The notes under the pieces: generated by a model
What the model saw: only the letters and a program-made list of their open reading frames with translations
The model's database searches: none
What the model was told of the DNA's origin: nothing
Shown here: positions 63,825 through 64,000 of the stretch, in pieces
How positions within the stretch are numbered: the first letter of the stretch is position 1
Layout: every line of letters starts with the position of its first letter
Made by a program: the position numbers and the translations under genes
Origin: Synechococcus sp.
Lineage (GTDB): Bacteria; Cyanobacteriota; Cyanobacteriia; Thermostichales; PCC-7336
Assembly (NCBI GenBank): GCA_051439605.1
Contig: JBFRWN010000016.1
Location: 9,927-73,926, forward strand
Reading direction: 5' to 3'
DNA: 64,000 nucleotides

Positions 63825-64000
63825 TTACGGACCTTCAATGCTTTGGGCCTCACTTAACAACTGCTCGACTGCCTCGCGATCGCTTTGGGTGAGCAAGCGG
63901 TGCGCTACTGGAAAGAGTTGATAACCCCGCTGTTCCCCCCGCAAAATGGCAACAGCTGTTTCCGTTGCTTCAAACCCAATCTGTACCCCTGCTTGGTCGA
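63825..64000 (-). CDS. 3' end of a probable sugar-type substrate-binding protein (partial)
   Basis: My translation, DQAGVQIGFEATETAVAILRGEQRGYQLFPVAHRLLTQSD...GP*, resembles the periplasmic binding protein type I C-terminus. The frame is open at the window edge. Confidence 0.5.
   Translation of the reverse strand, partial: DQAGVQIGFEATETAVAILRGEQRGYQLFPVAHRLLTQSDREAVEQLLSEAQSIEGP

Overview
This is a cyanobacterial chromosomal window, judged from frequent HIP1 GCGATCGC octamers and ArgZ/AgrE-, PacS- and Nif11-type genes. From left to right it holds: (i) the 3' end of argZ and a complete putA, separated by a copper-export block (cupredoxin, CopA/PacS, AhpD-like protein, MerR regulator, methyltransferase); (ii) a tightly coupled nine-gene oxidative biosynthetic operon at 12.7-21.0 kb with two Rieske oxygenases, two ferritin-like/AurF-type diiron enzymes, a 2Fe-2S ferredoxin missed by the ORF track, a membrane desaturase/hydroxylase, an LbH acyltransferase and a GH3 acyl-adenylate ligase, with no PKS, NRPS or ACP, followed by a convergent MFS transporter; (iii) a beta-propeller/PPC protein and a two-component system; (iv) an accessory region at about 29.8-37.9 kb with integron attC-like sites, small orphan genes, katG with an internal 60-nt duplication, a peroxiredoxin relic and a PAS-GAF-GGDEF-EAL gene; and (v) a contractile injection system (CIS) locus at 38-64 kb with baseplate, putative crown and membrane-anchor genes, an AAA ATPase, Pvc16, a DUF4157 effector with candidate immunity and chaperone partners, and several sensor-like proteins, but no sheath, tube or spike genes in the window. 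Several IS relics are present. No rRNA, tRNA or CRISPR array was seen. All product calls come from motif recognition by eye; no database searches were run.
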